The translations under genes and the position numbers were made by a program. Source: Bdellovibrionota bacterium (GTDB lineage: Bacteria; Bdellovibrionota_C; UBA2361; JBIKUX01). Taken from it: 64,000 bases of DNA. The notes beneath the pieces are model-generated. The model had not been told where the DNA came from and ran no database searches. It saw only the letters and a list, made by a program, of their open reading frames with translations. Of this stretch, positions 9,049 to 19,491 are shown piece by piece (position 1 is the stretch's first letter; every line of letters starts with the position of its first letter). The stretch is from contig JBIKUX010000007.1 in the NCBI GenBank assembly GCA_044347345.1, positions 1 to 64,000 of the forward strand. Direction: 5' to 3'.

Positions 9049-11559
9049 TCACGGAAATTCCAGAGCAGATGACCGGAAAGACTGTCCTAAAACACGCTTT
9101 AAAGCAACCCCGCCTAAATTCTGTTGCCTAAAATAACTATGAGTTTTACCGGAAAAAATCGTAACAGTGGGATTATGAAAACCGTAGGTGATATACCGAG
9201 GCTTAACCTGTTTTAAAATAGGGTACCGTGCAAAAGTTTCTTTTAGTAAAGTTCGACGCAAACCATTGTTGTTAGGCTGAGTGAAAACCCTATCATACAG
9301 CAAGCTAGAAAAAACAAAGTAATCAGCGTGCGCTTCTATCCTACCTGTTGCTAGTTCGTTTAATAATTGCCCTGGAAGAAAACGTATTACCTGATACTTA
9401 TCGTCTGAAAAAGGCGGGTCGTAAGGAAGGTAGTCGACAGCTATTCTTGAGCCAGGCGGGATATTTTCGTAAATCCAACGACTTAAAATTAAACGTGTAT
9501 CATGTTTAATCTCAGAGGCAAGTAAGACACTCTTATTTGCGGGGAAACCGATAGCAAGTGCAACAACCAAGCTAGGGAAAAAAGAAGCTCGAGCGTTAAA
9601 GACTTGCCTTAAGTAATCTATTAATTGACTTGTAGCGATAGCTAAAAAAGGTAATACTGGCACCATATAACGCTCAGCTTGAGGAGCAGGCTTTGATTTT
9701 ACCCATTCTGCTGGAAGGTAAAACAACAAAATAAGACATACGACCCATAAATCTTCAGCTCGTCTGCGTACAATCATGATTCCACATCCAACTAACCCTA
9801 AAACGAGAGGGAGGGATGCTGTTCCCGGAAGAAGAGATCGCCACAGATGGTACATCCACAGTTGTGACCAAGAATCAATGGCAAAGCTATGGCCACGAAT
9901 TGCATGCTTCTGTTCCGAAGAAACTCCCTTCAAAAATGTTGCAGTATCTATCAAGCAGTATGGTGTAGTAATAATAAATGCTAATCCTGCGAGTAATGCC
10001 GCAAAAAGACCAATAGTTAACAAACGCATATCAGGCCGAAAGGATCTGGTGGCCAGCCAAGGCGTAGCACCAATTACAGGGAGTATGAGTACTGCTGAAT
10101 ACTTCGTACCACATCCTAAACCACCAAAAATTCCAGCGAGTAGCAAAGCTTTACCAGACCGATTCTGAGCAGAAATAATTACCATTAAAACAGCACAAAG
10201 AATCCAAAATGTCATTAACACATCTTCCTTCATGTACCGGCTACAAGTAATATGAAGGGGAAATACTGCTAATAAAGCAGCTGACATTAAGCCAACTCCC
10301 TTTGCCCTATTGTTTAGAGCTTCATTATTCGGTGAAAAAAGCCTCGTTGCTATCAAGTATAAAACTGGAATTGAACAAGTGCCTGCAACAGCAGAAACGA
10401 TCCTACCTGATAAGCGAACCGTTGTAGCCTGCTCCCAAGCCTGTTCCCAAGAAAATGGGGGTAAATTTCCAACAAAGGTAATTACCTGATTAATCCCATA
10501 AGAGAGATATAGAAGAAGTGAGGGATGGAGAAAATACTGAGGATTAAAGTCCCCACGATGCATCATACCCATAATGGCATTAAACTTTGGGGTTTCATCA
10601 GGATGAAAAGGAGCTGGAAGCCCAAAGCCTAAACCATAGAATCTAAAAGCTGCACCAATTACTGTGATGATAGCTAAGACTTCGCCGTGATCAAGATAAT
10701 ACAAACCTGACCTTAAACTTTTTAATATTTTTTTTAAAAAAAGATCGCATTGAGGCGTATCATTGGAGTAGCATACCCTACCAAGGGTTGCTCCTACTGA
10801 GACAAAAAAAATAACAGCCACAAGGGCTAAAAAATTTATTATCCCGTTGCTAGTTGCCCATGAACTTCTTGAAATAACTACAGCTAGACTAGCGGAGAGA
10901 AAACTTCCCAAAAAAAACGAACCTCCGATTTTGCCTAAAATTAGCACTATACCGGGTAAAGATATTAGGAGTGCCGTTAAAACTATTGAATATGGATTAA
11001 CAAGTGGAACACCCAGAATAGACGTTGTACGAACAGACTTTAGCTGAACGCTTAGGTTTCTTAAATCTTTGTCACCAGGTGAAAAAGGATTTTTTACAGA
11101 AAAAACTAATGAATTATCTGGTACATTATCTGCTTGAGTAAGACCTGCGCGATTGCAAGCGCTATTATTTAGGGGAACATAGAATGAAGTGGGTTCGGTA
11201 ACAGCTAACTCTGCTAAGGTGTAATCACAGGATAGAACTGATAGTAAAGCATTACCAGCGGTCTCAGGACGCCAATCGTTAACCGTAATTTTTGCCTTGT
11301 TGCCGAAACTAGCTAAGTAAGGAAAACTTACTGCTCCTTTATCTTCAATCCACCCATCTCCAGACCACCCTTTTGCATAGGAAGAACCTAAAAGGACTGC
11401 TTTAGCTGGAGATAAAATTCTCGCCGGGTAAGACCAGCCCAGAGCAAAAAGCGAGAAACAGGACGAAAGAAAAACGAGCAAAAATAAGTTAGATAAACAT
11501 TTTCTCCTTTTATAAAAGGTAAGAATCTTAGAAAAACTGAGTGAGTCTCTATAAATCAT
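9049..11559 (-). CDS. GT-C fold membrane glycosyltransferase (ArnT/PMT_2-like) with extra N-terminal extracytoplasmic domain
   Basis: RFYGLGFGLP-x-FHPDE loop, multiple TM helices, SRYMKED, GTKYS, ERYMVP, WIYENIPPGS tail. Confidence 0.8.
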   Translation of the reverse strand: MIYRDSLSFSKILTFYKRRKCLSNLFLLVFLSSCFSLFALGWSYPARILSPAKAVLLGSSYAKGWSGDGWIEDKGAVSFPYLASFGNKAKITVNDWRPETAGNALLSVLSCDYTLAELAVTEPTSFYVPLNNSACNRAGLTQADNVPDNSLVFSVKNPFSPGDKDLRNLSVQLKSVRTTSILGVPLVNPYSIVLTALLISLPGIVLILGKIGGSFFLGSFLSASLAVVISRSSWATSNGIINFLALVAVIFFVSVGATLGRVCYSNDTPQCDLFLKKILKSLRSGLYYLDHGEVLAIITVIGAAFRFYGLGFGLPAPFHPDETPKFNAIMGMMHRGDFNPQYFLHPSLLLYLSYGINQVITFVGNLPPFSWEQAWEQATTVRLSGRIVSAVAGTCSIPVLYLIATRLFSPNNEALNNRAKGVGLMSAALLAVFPLHITCSRYMKEDVLMTFWILCAVLMVIISAQNRSGKALLLAGIFGGLGCGTKYSAVLILPVIGATPWLATRSFRPDMRLLTIGLFAALLAGLAFIITTPYCLIDTATFLKGVSSEQKHAIRGHSFAIDSWSQLWMYHLWRSLLPGTASLPLVLGLVGCGIMIVRRRAEDLWVVCLILLFYLPAEWVKSKPAPQAERYMVPVLPFLAIATSQLIDYLRQVFNARASFFPSLVVALAIGFPANKSVLLASEIKHDTRLILSRWIYENIPPGSRIAVDYLPYDPPFSDDKYQVIRFLPGQLLNELATGRIEAHADYFVFSSLLYDRVFTQPNNNGLRRTLLKETFARYPILKQVKPRYITYGFHNPTVTIFSGKTHSYFRQQNLGGVALKRVLGQSFRSSALEFP

Positions 11560-11561
11560 GC

Positions 11562-13478
11562 TTATTTGCGCCTATTTTCGGAGCTAATGTTCCAATTTAG
11601 ATACTGCCCCAATTTGGCTATATCGATAACAACGCTATAAGCATCGCGAAAAACCATGTAAGGGGCTTTTTTAAGGTCGATTTCCTGAGGTAGTTCTCGG
11701 TAAGCATACATCGAAGCATTACCTGAGGTAAGCTCTTTAACTAACCCATCAAAAGGTTTAAAGTACGAAGCCGTCTTTAATTCCTTGGGGTAAAACCTTT
11801 TTCTGTCAAAAATAAAATAGTTTATACCGGCAGGCTCTGTAAGATCATACAACTGACTTAGATTGTGGGCATAGTGTGCTCGAAGAGATCTTTCAAGGCG
11901 ACTAGCGATAATGTCGTAGTATCCTCGGTAGAATGGATGTGCTGTTTCAGTGGTTGCGTAACCAATGCGCTTACCAAAAAGCTGAATAGGATCGAGAAAA
12001 GTGGGGTGTCCTGCAATCACGGCATTAACGGGAGTATTATTAGCGACCCACTTAAATACCCCTCCGCGCGAGCCTGTGTGCCAGTTATAATTTGCCGTAC
12101 CATACAAACCTAAACCTGAACCGTAGTAAACGAAACTAGCTAAAACAAAAACTGCAAGAAGGGAACCCCAATTGGTTGTTCTTTTACCAAACTGACCAAA
12201 ACATTTTTCCCAAACAGCTTTTCCTAAAATACTCGTACCTACCGACAATCCAAAAATGAAGAAAAGTGCCATAGGAATCTGTAAATGCCTATTTGGAACA
12301 TATAATTTAAATGCAAACATCCTAGAGCACTGATAAGTTATCAGGAGAGCGACTAAAAATATCCAAGCCTCTTTCGGAATAAATGTCTTTTTCATTCTCA
12401 AACTAAGCAAGCCAACTCCTACAGTAAAAATTACGGCACTTGCCATAATAAGAATCTCGATTGGTACTTCACCAAACTTGCCGTGTTTAACCCACTTTGA
12501 AAGAAAAGCTTGAAAGCCAAAAACTCTAAAATCTTTTTCGACCGATTCAAGTGGTACAAATGGGAAACGACCCCCAGGATTGAAAAACTCGGGACGTGTA
12601 AGAGCTTCCTCGTATGAGGCCATCTGGCCAATTTCAGGTGGCATAGATACAACCAAATAGCTTGTCAGAGCCACCAATGGAGCTGCTAATAAAGCAACCA
12701 AAATATTCTTGAATGGTTTGTCCATTCCCTTTGATAACTTGGTAAGACACTCAATCAACAAAAAGAATCCGTATGCTAATCCCACTATAAAAGTTGCTGG
12801 TGGATGAACCAATGCTCCGATAAGGAGGGCGAACAGCATTCCGACATGGTTTGCTTTAGCGGCAAAATAGAAAAAGGAACAAAAGACTGGAACTGACCAA
12901 CCTCGAACTAAACCGTCACTCATCCGTTGAATGGTATGTCTAGTGTGAAGTAGCCAAGTAATGCTCACCGTAGCGGCCATAATACCGCCGTAGTGTCGAG
13001 ACGCCCCAATGAGGAACGCGCCCGCGATACATAATTGAAGAAGAAACACCCAATGCCCCGCCATCAATGGGGATCCTGTAATGAAGGTAAAAAAGGTCAT
13101 TGCCAAATTATGGGCAGGCGTTAGGTACCCTTCCATCGCTCGAGTAATTACGTCATCTCTAAATAGTTCTGGTTCAAGAACCTTATGGAATGGAAAATGC
13201 TGTTGCATTGCATCATCGGTTGTCCAAGAAGGGTTAAACCAGAAAGGACTAAGACTTTTAACAAAGAAAACCGCATATATAGCAGCTAAAATTACCATTA
13301 TCCCAGAGGGAATTGCATTTAGCACGGTGTAAATAGATGATTTTTCATCAAAGCTTAGTGTTTGTTGCTGATCCTCTACCAAACAGTCTTGGTCAGTAGT
13401 GGTAACTAAATGCACTTGATCCTTAGAGAGTGGTTCCAAAAGCCCAGAGAAGCTGTTACGCGATGAAGAGTTGGTCAT
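11562..13478 (-). CDS. Polytopic membrane protein, probable GT-C-like transferase
   Basis: Many TM segments, acidic TTDDA loop after TM1, LVHP, YVPNRH, WVANNTPVNAVIAGHP C-terminal domain; stop lies 2 nt before the start of the GT-C gene. Confidence 0.55.
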   Translation of the reverse strand: MTNSSSRNSFSGLLEPLSKDQVHLVTTTDQDCLVEDQQQTLSFDEKSSIYTVLNAIPSGIMVILAAIYAVFFVKSLSPFWFNPSWTTDDAMQQHFPFHKVLEPELFRDDVITRAMEGYLTPAHNLAMTFFTFITGSPLMAGHWVFLLQLCIAGAFLIGASRHYGGIMAATVSITWLLHTRHTIQRMSDGLVRGWSVPVFCSFFYFAAKANHVGMLFALLIGALVHPPATFIVGLAYGFFLLIECLTKLSKGMDKPFKNILVALLAAPLVALTSYLVVSMPPEIGQMASYEEALTRPEFFNPGGRFPFVPLESVEKDFRVFGFQAFLSKWVKHGKFGEVPIEILIMASAVIFTVGVGLLSLRMKKTFIPKEAWIFLVALLITYQCSRMFAFKLYVPNRHLQIPMALFFIFGLSVGTSILGKAVWEKCFGQFGKRTTNWGSLLAVFVLASFVYYGSGLGLYGTANYNWHTGSRGGVFKWVANNTPVNAVIAGHPTFLDPIQLFGKRIGYATTETAHPFYRGYYDIIASRLERSLRAHYAHNLSQLYDLTEPAGINYFIFDRKRFYPKELKTASYFKPFDGLVKELTSGNASMYAYRELPQEIDLKKAPYMVFRDAYSVVIDIAKLGQYLNWNISSENRRK

Positions 13479-13838
13479 AAATATTTAACGATTTTAAACA
13501 GAAACTTAGTCTTAATAGAGCGATAAACAAAGTTTTTTAATTTTATGTAAGCAAATTCCTAGAATTTTGTTTCGATTTTCTTGAAGTATTACCGAGGTAC
13601 ACAAAATTTTAAACTAGCAAAAGAGCACCGACATCCGTCCTAAAGAATCTTTATTTTAGGAATTTCCTAATTTAGGACATCCCTGAAAGCCTCTGGAAAA
13701 TTTCTGGGACACCCATCCTCTTCCTCTGAAGTGGGAAGGAAAATAACCAGACAACGCCAGTAACATTTTAGCATCTTGGATCACAGCGTCTCTGAGACAA
13801 TTGTAGACCACAGCGTCTCTGACACTATGAGGGGAATA

Positions 13839-14429
13839 ATGAATTCAATTATTTACGGACGGCAAAGCCTAATCTTCGTGGCGCTAACCTTGGCGTTAAT
13901 ATCAAGTATTTTGTCATCATGTGGCGGGCTTGATTTAGATGGTAATGGTAGCGGTAGCGGTAGTGGTGATTCCGACAGTCTTCTAGCTGGCATAGCTTCA
14001 GTTCAGGCTGCCCCGAGAGACATAGATACCGGAGAGCGCACCCTTATCCGCATCACCATAAATGAGGCTCATCAAGACGGCGTGATAGTTAAGACGCGCT
14101 ATCCACAAGGCCTTAATTTTTTTCGAAAATCAGCCATTATTTCTGCTGACGGCTCCACCACATCCCTTGAACCTATCTTTCAAGGATCCAGTAAAGTTGC
14201 CAACGAAAAGCTTGATTATTTAGTCTTTTTTCTGCCCCGCACAAGATTTGGTTTAACAGGTACAGGAGATGTAAGTTTTCAACTAGTAGGTAGAAGTGCC
14301 GTTGCCACTGGTGACGTGGAAGTGGACTTAGACCTTAACAATACACTCTCGGGTAAATTTCAAGACTTCTCCCCCACTGACCCTCGCTTTTCAACAGAAG
14401 CTAGTGTGACAGTCAAAGTAGCAGGATAA
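13839..14429 (+). CDS. Hypothetical lipoprotein
   Basis: GAGGGG RBS before ATG 13839; lipobox LSS-C followed by a GS-rich tether and a beta-rich domain. Confidence 0.7.
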   Translation: MNSIIYGRQSLIFVALTLALISSILSSCGGLDLDGNGSGSGSGDSDSLLAGIASVQAAPRDIDTGERTLIRITINEAHQDGVIVKTRYPQGLNFFRKSAIISADGSTTSLEPIFQGSSKVANEKLDYLVFFLPRTRFGLTGTGDVSFQLVGRSAVATGDVEVDLDLNNTLSGKFQDFSPTDPRFSTEASVTVKVAG

Positions 14430-14457
14430 CCTCGGAAATAAGAAAACTAGGGATGCA

Positions 14458-15402
14458 ATGCTTAAATTTCTCGCTAACAGAATTACAAGAAATAAAAGAA
14501 AGACTGCTGCATCTGTAACAGAAGAAGAAGCACTACCCCGTTCAGTTAGGTCACTTATCAACAACTGCTTAGGCAGTGCTACAATCCCACCTATGCCTAA
14601 CGCAGCGCGAATTGCATTTGAGCTCTCCGTAAATCCAGACGCCGAAGTAAAGGACTTCATTTCTATCGTTCAAAAAGATGAATCTCTTGCCTCTCGCGTA
14701 GTAAAAATAGCCAATTCAGTTTATTTCGACCGAGGCAACCCTAGCCGAACAGTTGAGGAAAGCATCATAGCAATAGGACTTGGAGAACTGCGCTCTCTCT
14801 TACAAGCAACTACTCTTTCTCAGTCTTTTCCATCTCCATCTCCCATTCGCTCATTTCTCTGGTCGCATGATGTAGCAACAGCGCTTTGCGCCCGCGTACT
14901 CGCCAACAAGCTCGGACTTTGCAGCCCGGAAATGGCATTTCTTGCGGCCTTGATGCACGACATCGGCAAATTGTTTCTTTTGCAAAGATTCCCTGAGCGA
15001 TATGAAAGAGTCATGGCATTAGTCAGATCTGACGGAAGATCATTTCCTGAGGCTGAATCTACAGAATTTCCATTTTCTCATGAGCAAGTGGGGGTGTTAA
15101 TTGCTGAGCAATGGCGCTTTGTACCAGAGCTCACCATTGCGATTCGTGACCATCATAACAACTGGGATGATACTTTTGCCGAGCCGGGGATAAGCCTCAC
15201 CATCAAAGCAGCTAATCTTTGTGCGCATGCTCTGGGAGTAGGTCATCCAAAAGGCTTTCAGAGAGTTTACCAGAACGCTCAAAAAAAACTCCCTGAAATG
15301 TATGATGCACTACATATTTCTACCTCTGCCGGTGAAGATCTTTTAAAAGAGGTTTCTATAACAATTGAAAATGAGGAAGCTCTTTACCATAGCTTTGGTT
15401 AG
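14458..15402 (+). CDS. HDOD domain signalling protein
   Basis: IPPMP, KDESLASRVVKIANS, LWSHDV, ALMHDIGK, HEQVG..AEQWRF. Confidence 0.9.
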   Translation: MLKFLANRITRNKRKTAASVTEEEALPRSVRSLINNCLGSATIPPMPNAARIAFELSVNPDAEVKDFISIVQKDESLASRVVKIANSVYFDRGNPSRTVEESIIAIGLGELRSLLQATTLSQSFPSPSPIRSFLWSHDVATALCARVLANKLGLCSPEMAFLAALMHDIGKLFLLQRFPERYERVMALVRSDGRSFPEAESTEFPFSHEQVGVLIAEQWRFVPELTIAIRDHHNNWDDTFAEPGISLTIKAANLCAHALGVGHPKGFQRVYQNAQKKLPEMYDALHISTSAGEDLLKEVSITIENEEALYHSFG

Positions 15403-15428
15403 TACAGCTAAATTATACGAGTGCTTAT

Positions 15429-16604
15429 ATGCGCACAAAAATTGTCTCGCTACTTCATAATTTAGCCAATTTGATTGAGCCAAAAGAGACAACTATATCT
15501 TCACTTCAAAAACAGCTCCCCAAGATAGGAGCAACGACAATCACTGACAAATTAACTCTCTCAATTATTGTCATAGGTTCAGATGGTTCAATAATTTATG
15601 TTAGTCCTTACACTGAAGTACTGACGGGATATCATGCTTCTGAAATAAAAAAGATTGGAAAACAATTTCTTCGTTCTATTATAGTTCCAGAATACCATGA
15701 GCTATTTGACAGGTCACTTAAATTTCATGAAGCTGGCGAACCCTACCAATACCAACACAGATTCACTCACAAAAGTGGCATAACTGTATGGGCTGAAACA
15801 AGAACATCTCCGATTATTTTGAACGAAACAATGTTAGGAGAAGGACTCTTGATGGTGACCTTAAATATATCTCAACAAATGGTATACCAACGTCAGGTAG
15901 AGGTGCGTACGAGAGAAGTAGAAGACTTTACCTACATGGTATCCCACGATCTAAAGGCACCACTTTTTACAATAAAAGGAATGCTTGAACTCTTCCAAGA
16001 AGAAACTCCGAGATTATCAGATCAAGGCAGAGAACTTACCATCTATTTAGACCGAGCAGTATCACGTCTTGAAACATTAATTAATAGCGTTCTCGCTTAT
16101 GCTAAAGTGACGTCAACCAATTTCCCAATTGAAGCTGTTGATCTCAATAAGGTTGCTCGTGAAATAAGTGAAGAATTTACTACTATACTAGCAGGCGTAT
16201 CAGGTACTTTAATTATCGAACCAAACCTCCCAACTGTAGAGGCAGAACATACCAGAATGTATCAAGTGCTAGCCAACTTAGTTGGCAATGCCGTTAAATA
16301 TCGAGACCACAATCGCCAACTTGAAGTTGAAATTGGTGTTTTACCCTCAAAGTCAAATAGACAAAGCACTATTTTTGTAAGAGACAATGCTGAAGGTATT
16401 CCAAAAGATAAACTAGACAGTGTATTTCGAGCTTTTCATCGAAATCATGGACACGAAATAGAAGGTACAGGCATTGGGCTTACATGTGTAAGAAAACTAG
16501 TTGAGCGCTTTGGTGGCGAAATAGAACTCGACAGCGAAGTTGGTAAAGGAAGCACCTTTTTTCTGACTTTTCGCCTCCCTGCCCTATCACGATTTGTTAA
16601 TTAA
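15429..16604 (+). CDS. PAS-domain sensor histidine kinase
   Basis: PAS (YVSPYTEVLTGY), SHDLKAPL H-box, NLVGNAVKY, DNAEGI, GTGIGL, GKGSTF. Confidence 0.92.
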   Translation: MRTKIVSLLHNLANLIEPKETTISSLQKQLPKIGATTITDKLTLSIIVIGSDGSIIYVSPYTEVLTGYHASEIKKIGKQFLRSIIVPEYHELFDRSLKFHEAGEPYQYQHRFTHKSGITVWAETRTSPIILNETMLGEGLLMVTLNISQQMVYQRQVEVRTREVEDFTYMVSHDLKAPLFTIKGMLELFQEETPRLSDQGRELTIYLDRAVSRLETLINSVLAYAKVTSTNFPIEAVDLNKVAREISEEFTTILAGVSGTLIIEPNLPTVEAEHTRMYQVLANLVGNAVKYRDHNRQLEVEIGVLPSKSNRQSTIFVRDNAEGIPKDKLDSVFRAFHRNHGHEIEGTGIGLTCVRKLVERFGGEIELDSEVGKGSTFFLTFRLPALSRFVN

Positions 16605-16615
16605 ATTTTCGTCGC

Positions 16616-17005
16616 ATGAATCTGCCGAAAAAACAGATAAAAGTTATCATCATTGATGATGAGCCCGCACACAGACTGCTAATCGAAAAGACAGTTGAGC
16701 GAGCTTATCCTGAAGCTGAACTCCTTTGTGGCCAGACAATTAGTGACGGAAAAACATTTTTAACAGGCTCAAAAATTGATCTTTTAATCGTTGACCTTCG
16801 GCTCGCACATGAAAGTGGAATTGAACTCTTAATTTTTGCCAAAAATGAACTTACTAAGCCTCCAAAAGTTGTAGTTGTAACTACATCTGAACTTGAACGT
16901 GATAAAAATAATGCTCTCAGCAATGGAGCAGATAACTTTTTAACTAAATCAGAGGGGTTTACTCAACATCTCCAAGACGTAGTAACACGCCTTTTAAATA
17001 ATTAG
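16616..17005 (+). CDS. Single-domain response regulator
   Basis: IIDDEP, phosphoacceptor in LIVDL, VVTTS, FLTK. Confidence 0.9.
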   Translation: MNLPKKQIKVIIIDDEPAHRLLIEKTVERAYPEAELLCGQTISDGKTFLTGSKIDLLIVDLRLAHESGIELLIFAKNELTKPPKVVVVTTSELERDKNNALSNGADNFLTKSEGFTQHLQDVVTRLLNN

Positions 17006-17247
17006 GCATAATTCGATCGTGATTTTTTTCTTGCAATTACACATCGACTAAAGTATTCAATCTCAAGTTAAAAAAGCGGAACAATTAAAATCGGTATAAA
17101 TTAATACCTTAATTAATTAAAACCGGTATAGTAGCGATATTGTAGTAAATAAAATCATTAGGATTTAGCAAAATTATTAATATAAATCATACTCTAGAAC
17201 TTATCTCCTAGATTGGCTGTTCAAACAAAAAATGGAGGGCAATAGCT

Positions 17248-18291
17248 ATGGGAGTATTAAAAAAAACCATCTTACAAGATGATTTTTTAGATGAAACTGG
17301 CGAGGTTTTAGAAGCTAGTAGCGTTAATGGAGGGGCTGCTAGCGTTTATAGCGACCGTGACCTTAATGACCTGTTTTTTTCAGCCGTTCGGTGCGTTAAA
17401 AGCGAGCAAAGCATAATAAGTTCTGCAAGATTATTTGACGAATCAAGAGACAAAAATTATCAGATTTATGCAGCGTTTTCTGACCTTAGGCAATATATTC
17501 ATTCACTTCGACGAGCCAGCCCCAAAACCGTATTAAACCATTTTGCAAATATCTGTAGTCACTCCTTATTTCGCGGGGTCAACTTATCGTTGTTACAAGA
17601 TAGTGAGCATCATTTAACGACTCGATTTAGGCATTACCAAAAATATTTACTTCCACAGCTCAGAAGATACATACGAGCTATTTCTCACTCTGTGCGCCAA
17701 GATTTCCTTCGCCCGAATAGGTTCTTTGAGTTTGGCGTTGGTGAGGGAGTTTTTTCAGCTGAAGTATTTAGTGCGCTCGTGCAAGATGGTTGGGAGGGCA
17801 CAGCGTGTGATTTAAATGATTACATTTCAGACGAAGCAAAGCGAATTTTTTCACGGTATATTGTGGGCGATGGGCTAGGCATTCTCAGTCGGACTCCTGA
17901 TGCTACATATTCTGTAACTTTTGAGATGACCGTTTTACATCATCTTGCCTCAGTGAGTGATTATCTTCTTGCACTAAGGGAGATTGTGAGGGTAACTGCT
18001 CCTGGTGGATATATAATTATTGTTGAGACATGCCATCCAGAGGGAAATACGGCAACATTACTCAAAAATGCGGTACTCGATATGGTATTTAACGATATCG
18101 TTAACCGCTCATTTGACCCTTCTGGAGAAACGAGAATGATTCCTTGTCCCCTAAGTTTTCTTTCTGATGAGGAAATAATCAACGAAATTGAGCGCCATTC
18201 AGCTCGTCTAATTGAAATTACTCGAATTCCCAATGGCAATAGTGTGCCAAAGCGACACTGCTCTTTCTTGTTTCAGAAAAAAAGTATTTAG
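17248..18291 (+). CDS. Class I SAM-dependent methyltransferase
   Basis: FEFGVGEG motif I, ACDL, VLHHL, EIVRVTAPGGYIIIVE. Confidence 0.75.
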   Translation: MGVLKKTILQDDFLDETGEVLEASSVNGGAASVYSDRDLNDLFFSAVRCVKSEQSIISSARLFDESRDKNYQIYAAFSDLRQYIHSLRRASPKTVLNHFANICSHSLFRGVNLSLLQDSEHHLTTRFRHYQKYLLPQLRRYIRAISHSVRQDFLRPNRFFEFGVGEGVFSAEVFSALVQDGWEGTACDLNDYISDEAKRIFSRYIVGDGLGILSRTPDATYSVTFEMTVLHHLASVSDYLLALREIVRVTAPGGYIIIVETCHPEGNTATLLKNAVLDMVFNDIVNRSFDPSGETRMIPCPLSFLSDEEIINEIERHSARLIEITRIPNGNSVPKRHCSFLFQKKSI

Positions 18292-18497
18292 TGAAGGTGA
18301 ATTAACCCCTAGTCTACACTTTAACTTGGCGTTGGTTTATGACACACTCCAAAGCTAAGTAATCCAAAAGGAGAATCAGCGATTGCAGAGTTTTATTACA
18401 GAGTTTTATCGATTAGCTTTTCTACAGGTGTTTTGCCATAGGTAGACAAGTCAGATAAAAATAACTATCTCTTGCAATTGTGGTTTTCGTTACCCAA

Positions 18498-18580
18498 GCC
18501 CGGGTGATGGAATGGTAGACATACAGGACTTAAAATCCTGGGGTAGCAATACCGTGCCGGTTCAAGTCCGGCTCTGGGCA
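18498..18580 (+). tRNA. tRNA-Leu(TAA), CCA not encoded
   Basis: Acceptor GCCCGGG/TCTGGGC, D-loop TGGTAGAC, anticodon arm CAGGA-CTTAAAA-TCCTG, long variable arm, T arm GCCGG-TTCAAGT-CCGGC. Confidence 0.95.
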
Positions 18581-18583
18581 TTA

Positions 18584-18707
18584 AATCAATCACTTACGGT
18601 CACTTTCTTTTAACCCCTCCCTGCAACTCAGCATTACGCATTTTGACCCTCCCCCAGCGCATATCAGGCAAACGCCAAACTACTGCAAACTACCAATCAA
18701 CTACTTA
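18584..18707 (+). promoter_or_regulatory. Two IHF-consensus sites in the attL arm
   Basis: AATCAATCACTTA (18584-18596) and AATCAACTACTTA (18695-18707) both match WATCAANNNNTTR exactly. Confidence 0.6.
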
Positions 18708-18867
18708 CAAGAATGCAATAGATCTTCATAGAATTGAGTGTTATCGTAGAGAAACGTGCGCCATAGGAATATTTTCGGCTACTGTGATTATTAGAGAGTG
18801 GTGCAATTCAGGGACCGGTCTTAGGGAAGGGGCTCGTCGCGATAAGATAGTCGGAGGATAGCGTAGT

Positions 18868-19491
18868 ATGAAGAACGGCGCTGTTAGTATTATTTCAGTG
18901 ATTGCACTACTGATGACCTGTCTTTCTGTCGCAGAGGCAGAGCCGCACACATTCACCTCAAGAGACTACATTGAGTACTTCATATGGTTTTCCCCGCGTG
19001 GGTCGGAAACTCCGAAAAAACCCAAGCTTCTCAATATCCGATTCGGAGACATGGAGTATTGGTATGCTAAGTACTTTCCATGGGTAAAGCGGGTTCCGTC
19101 GCAAAAACAGGAGTTATGGATATCAACCTCACGCGGCTCGATCGCTATCAACAGAAACGACAATGAGGGGCTGGTCGTGACGCGCGAGACTTACAAGCCC
19201 TTGGGTGCAGGAGGCACCAAGCTCCTTGATGTACGCTTTGAGGGAGCACGTTGTCGTGACGCAGAAGGGGTGGAATCCACATGCTCCGTCACGCTTTTGT
19301 TAACGACAGATGGACCTGATCGGGGCGTCAAACGCCGCTCTCGCACACTGCGAATCACCTCATCAACAGGCTTATCGTTTAGGTACAGAAGCGTTGGATC
19401 CGACGGAGGAAAGCCACTTAATCTGCCCCTTTTGAACCGAACTCCATCCATAGTTAATTTCGCCTGGGAGGGGCGTCGGGGTGACGAGTAG
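18868..19491 (+). CDS. Secreted hypothetical protein (islet cargo)
   Basis: GGAGG RBS, signal peptide ending AEA-E; 207 aa; no family recognised. Confidence 0.7.
   Translation: MKNGAVSIISVIALLMTCLSVAEAEPHTFTSRDYIEYFIWFSPRGSETPKKPKLLNIRFGDMEYWYAKYFPWVKRVPSQKQELWISTSRGSIAINRNDNEGLVVTRETYKPLGAGGTKLLDVRFEGARCRDAEGVESTCSVTLLLTTDGPDRGVKRRSRTLRITSSTGLSFRYRSVGSDGGKPLNLPLLNRTPSIVNFAWEGRRGDE

Noticed and set aside
13620..13745. Possible riboswitch or structured RNA in a divergent intergenic region
   Set aside because: Only short hairpins; no known riboswitch consensus recognised. An Rfam/Infernal scan would decide.
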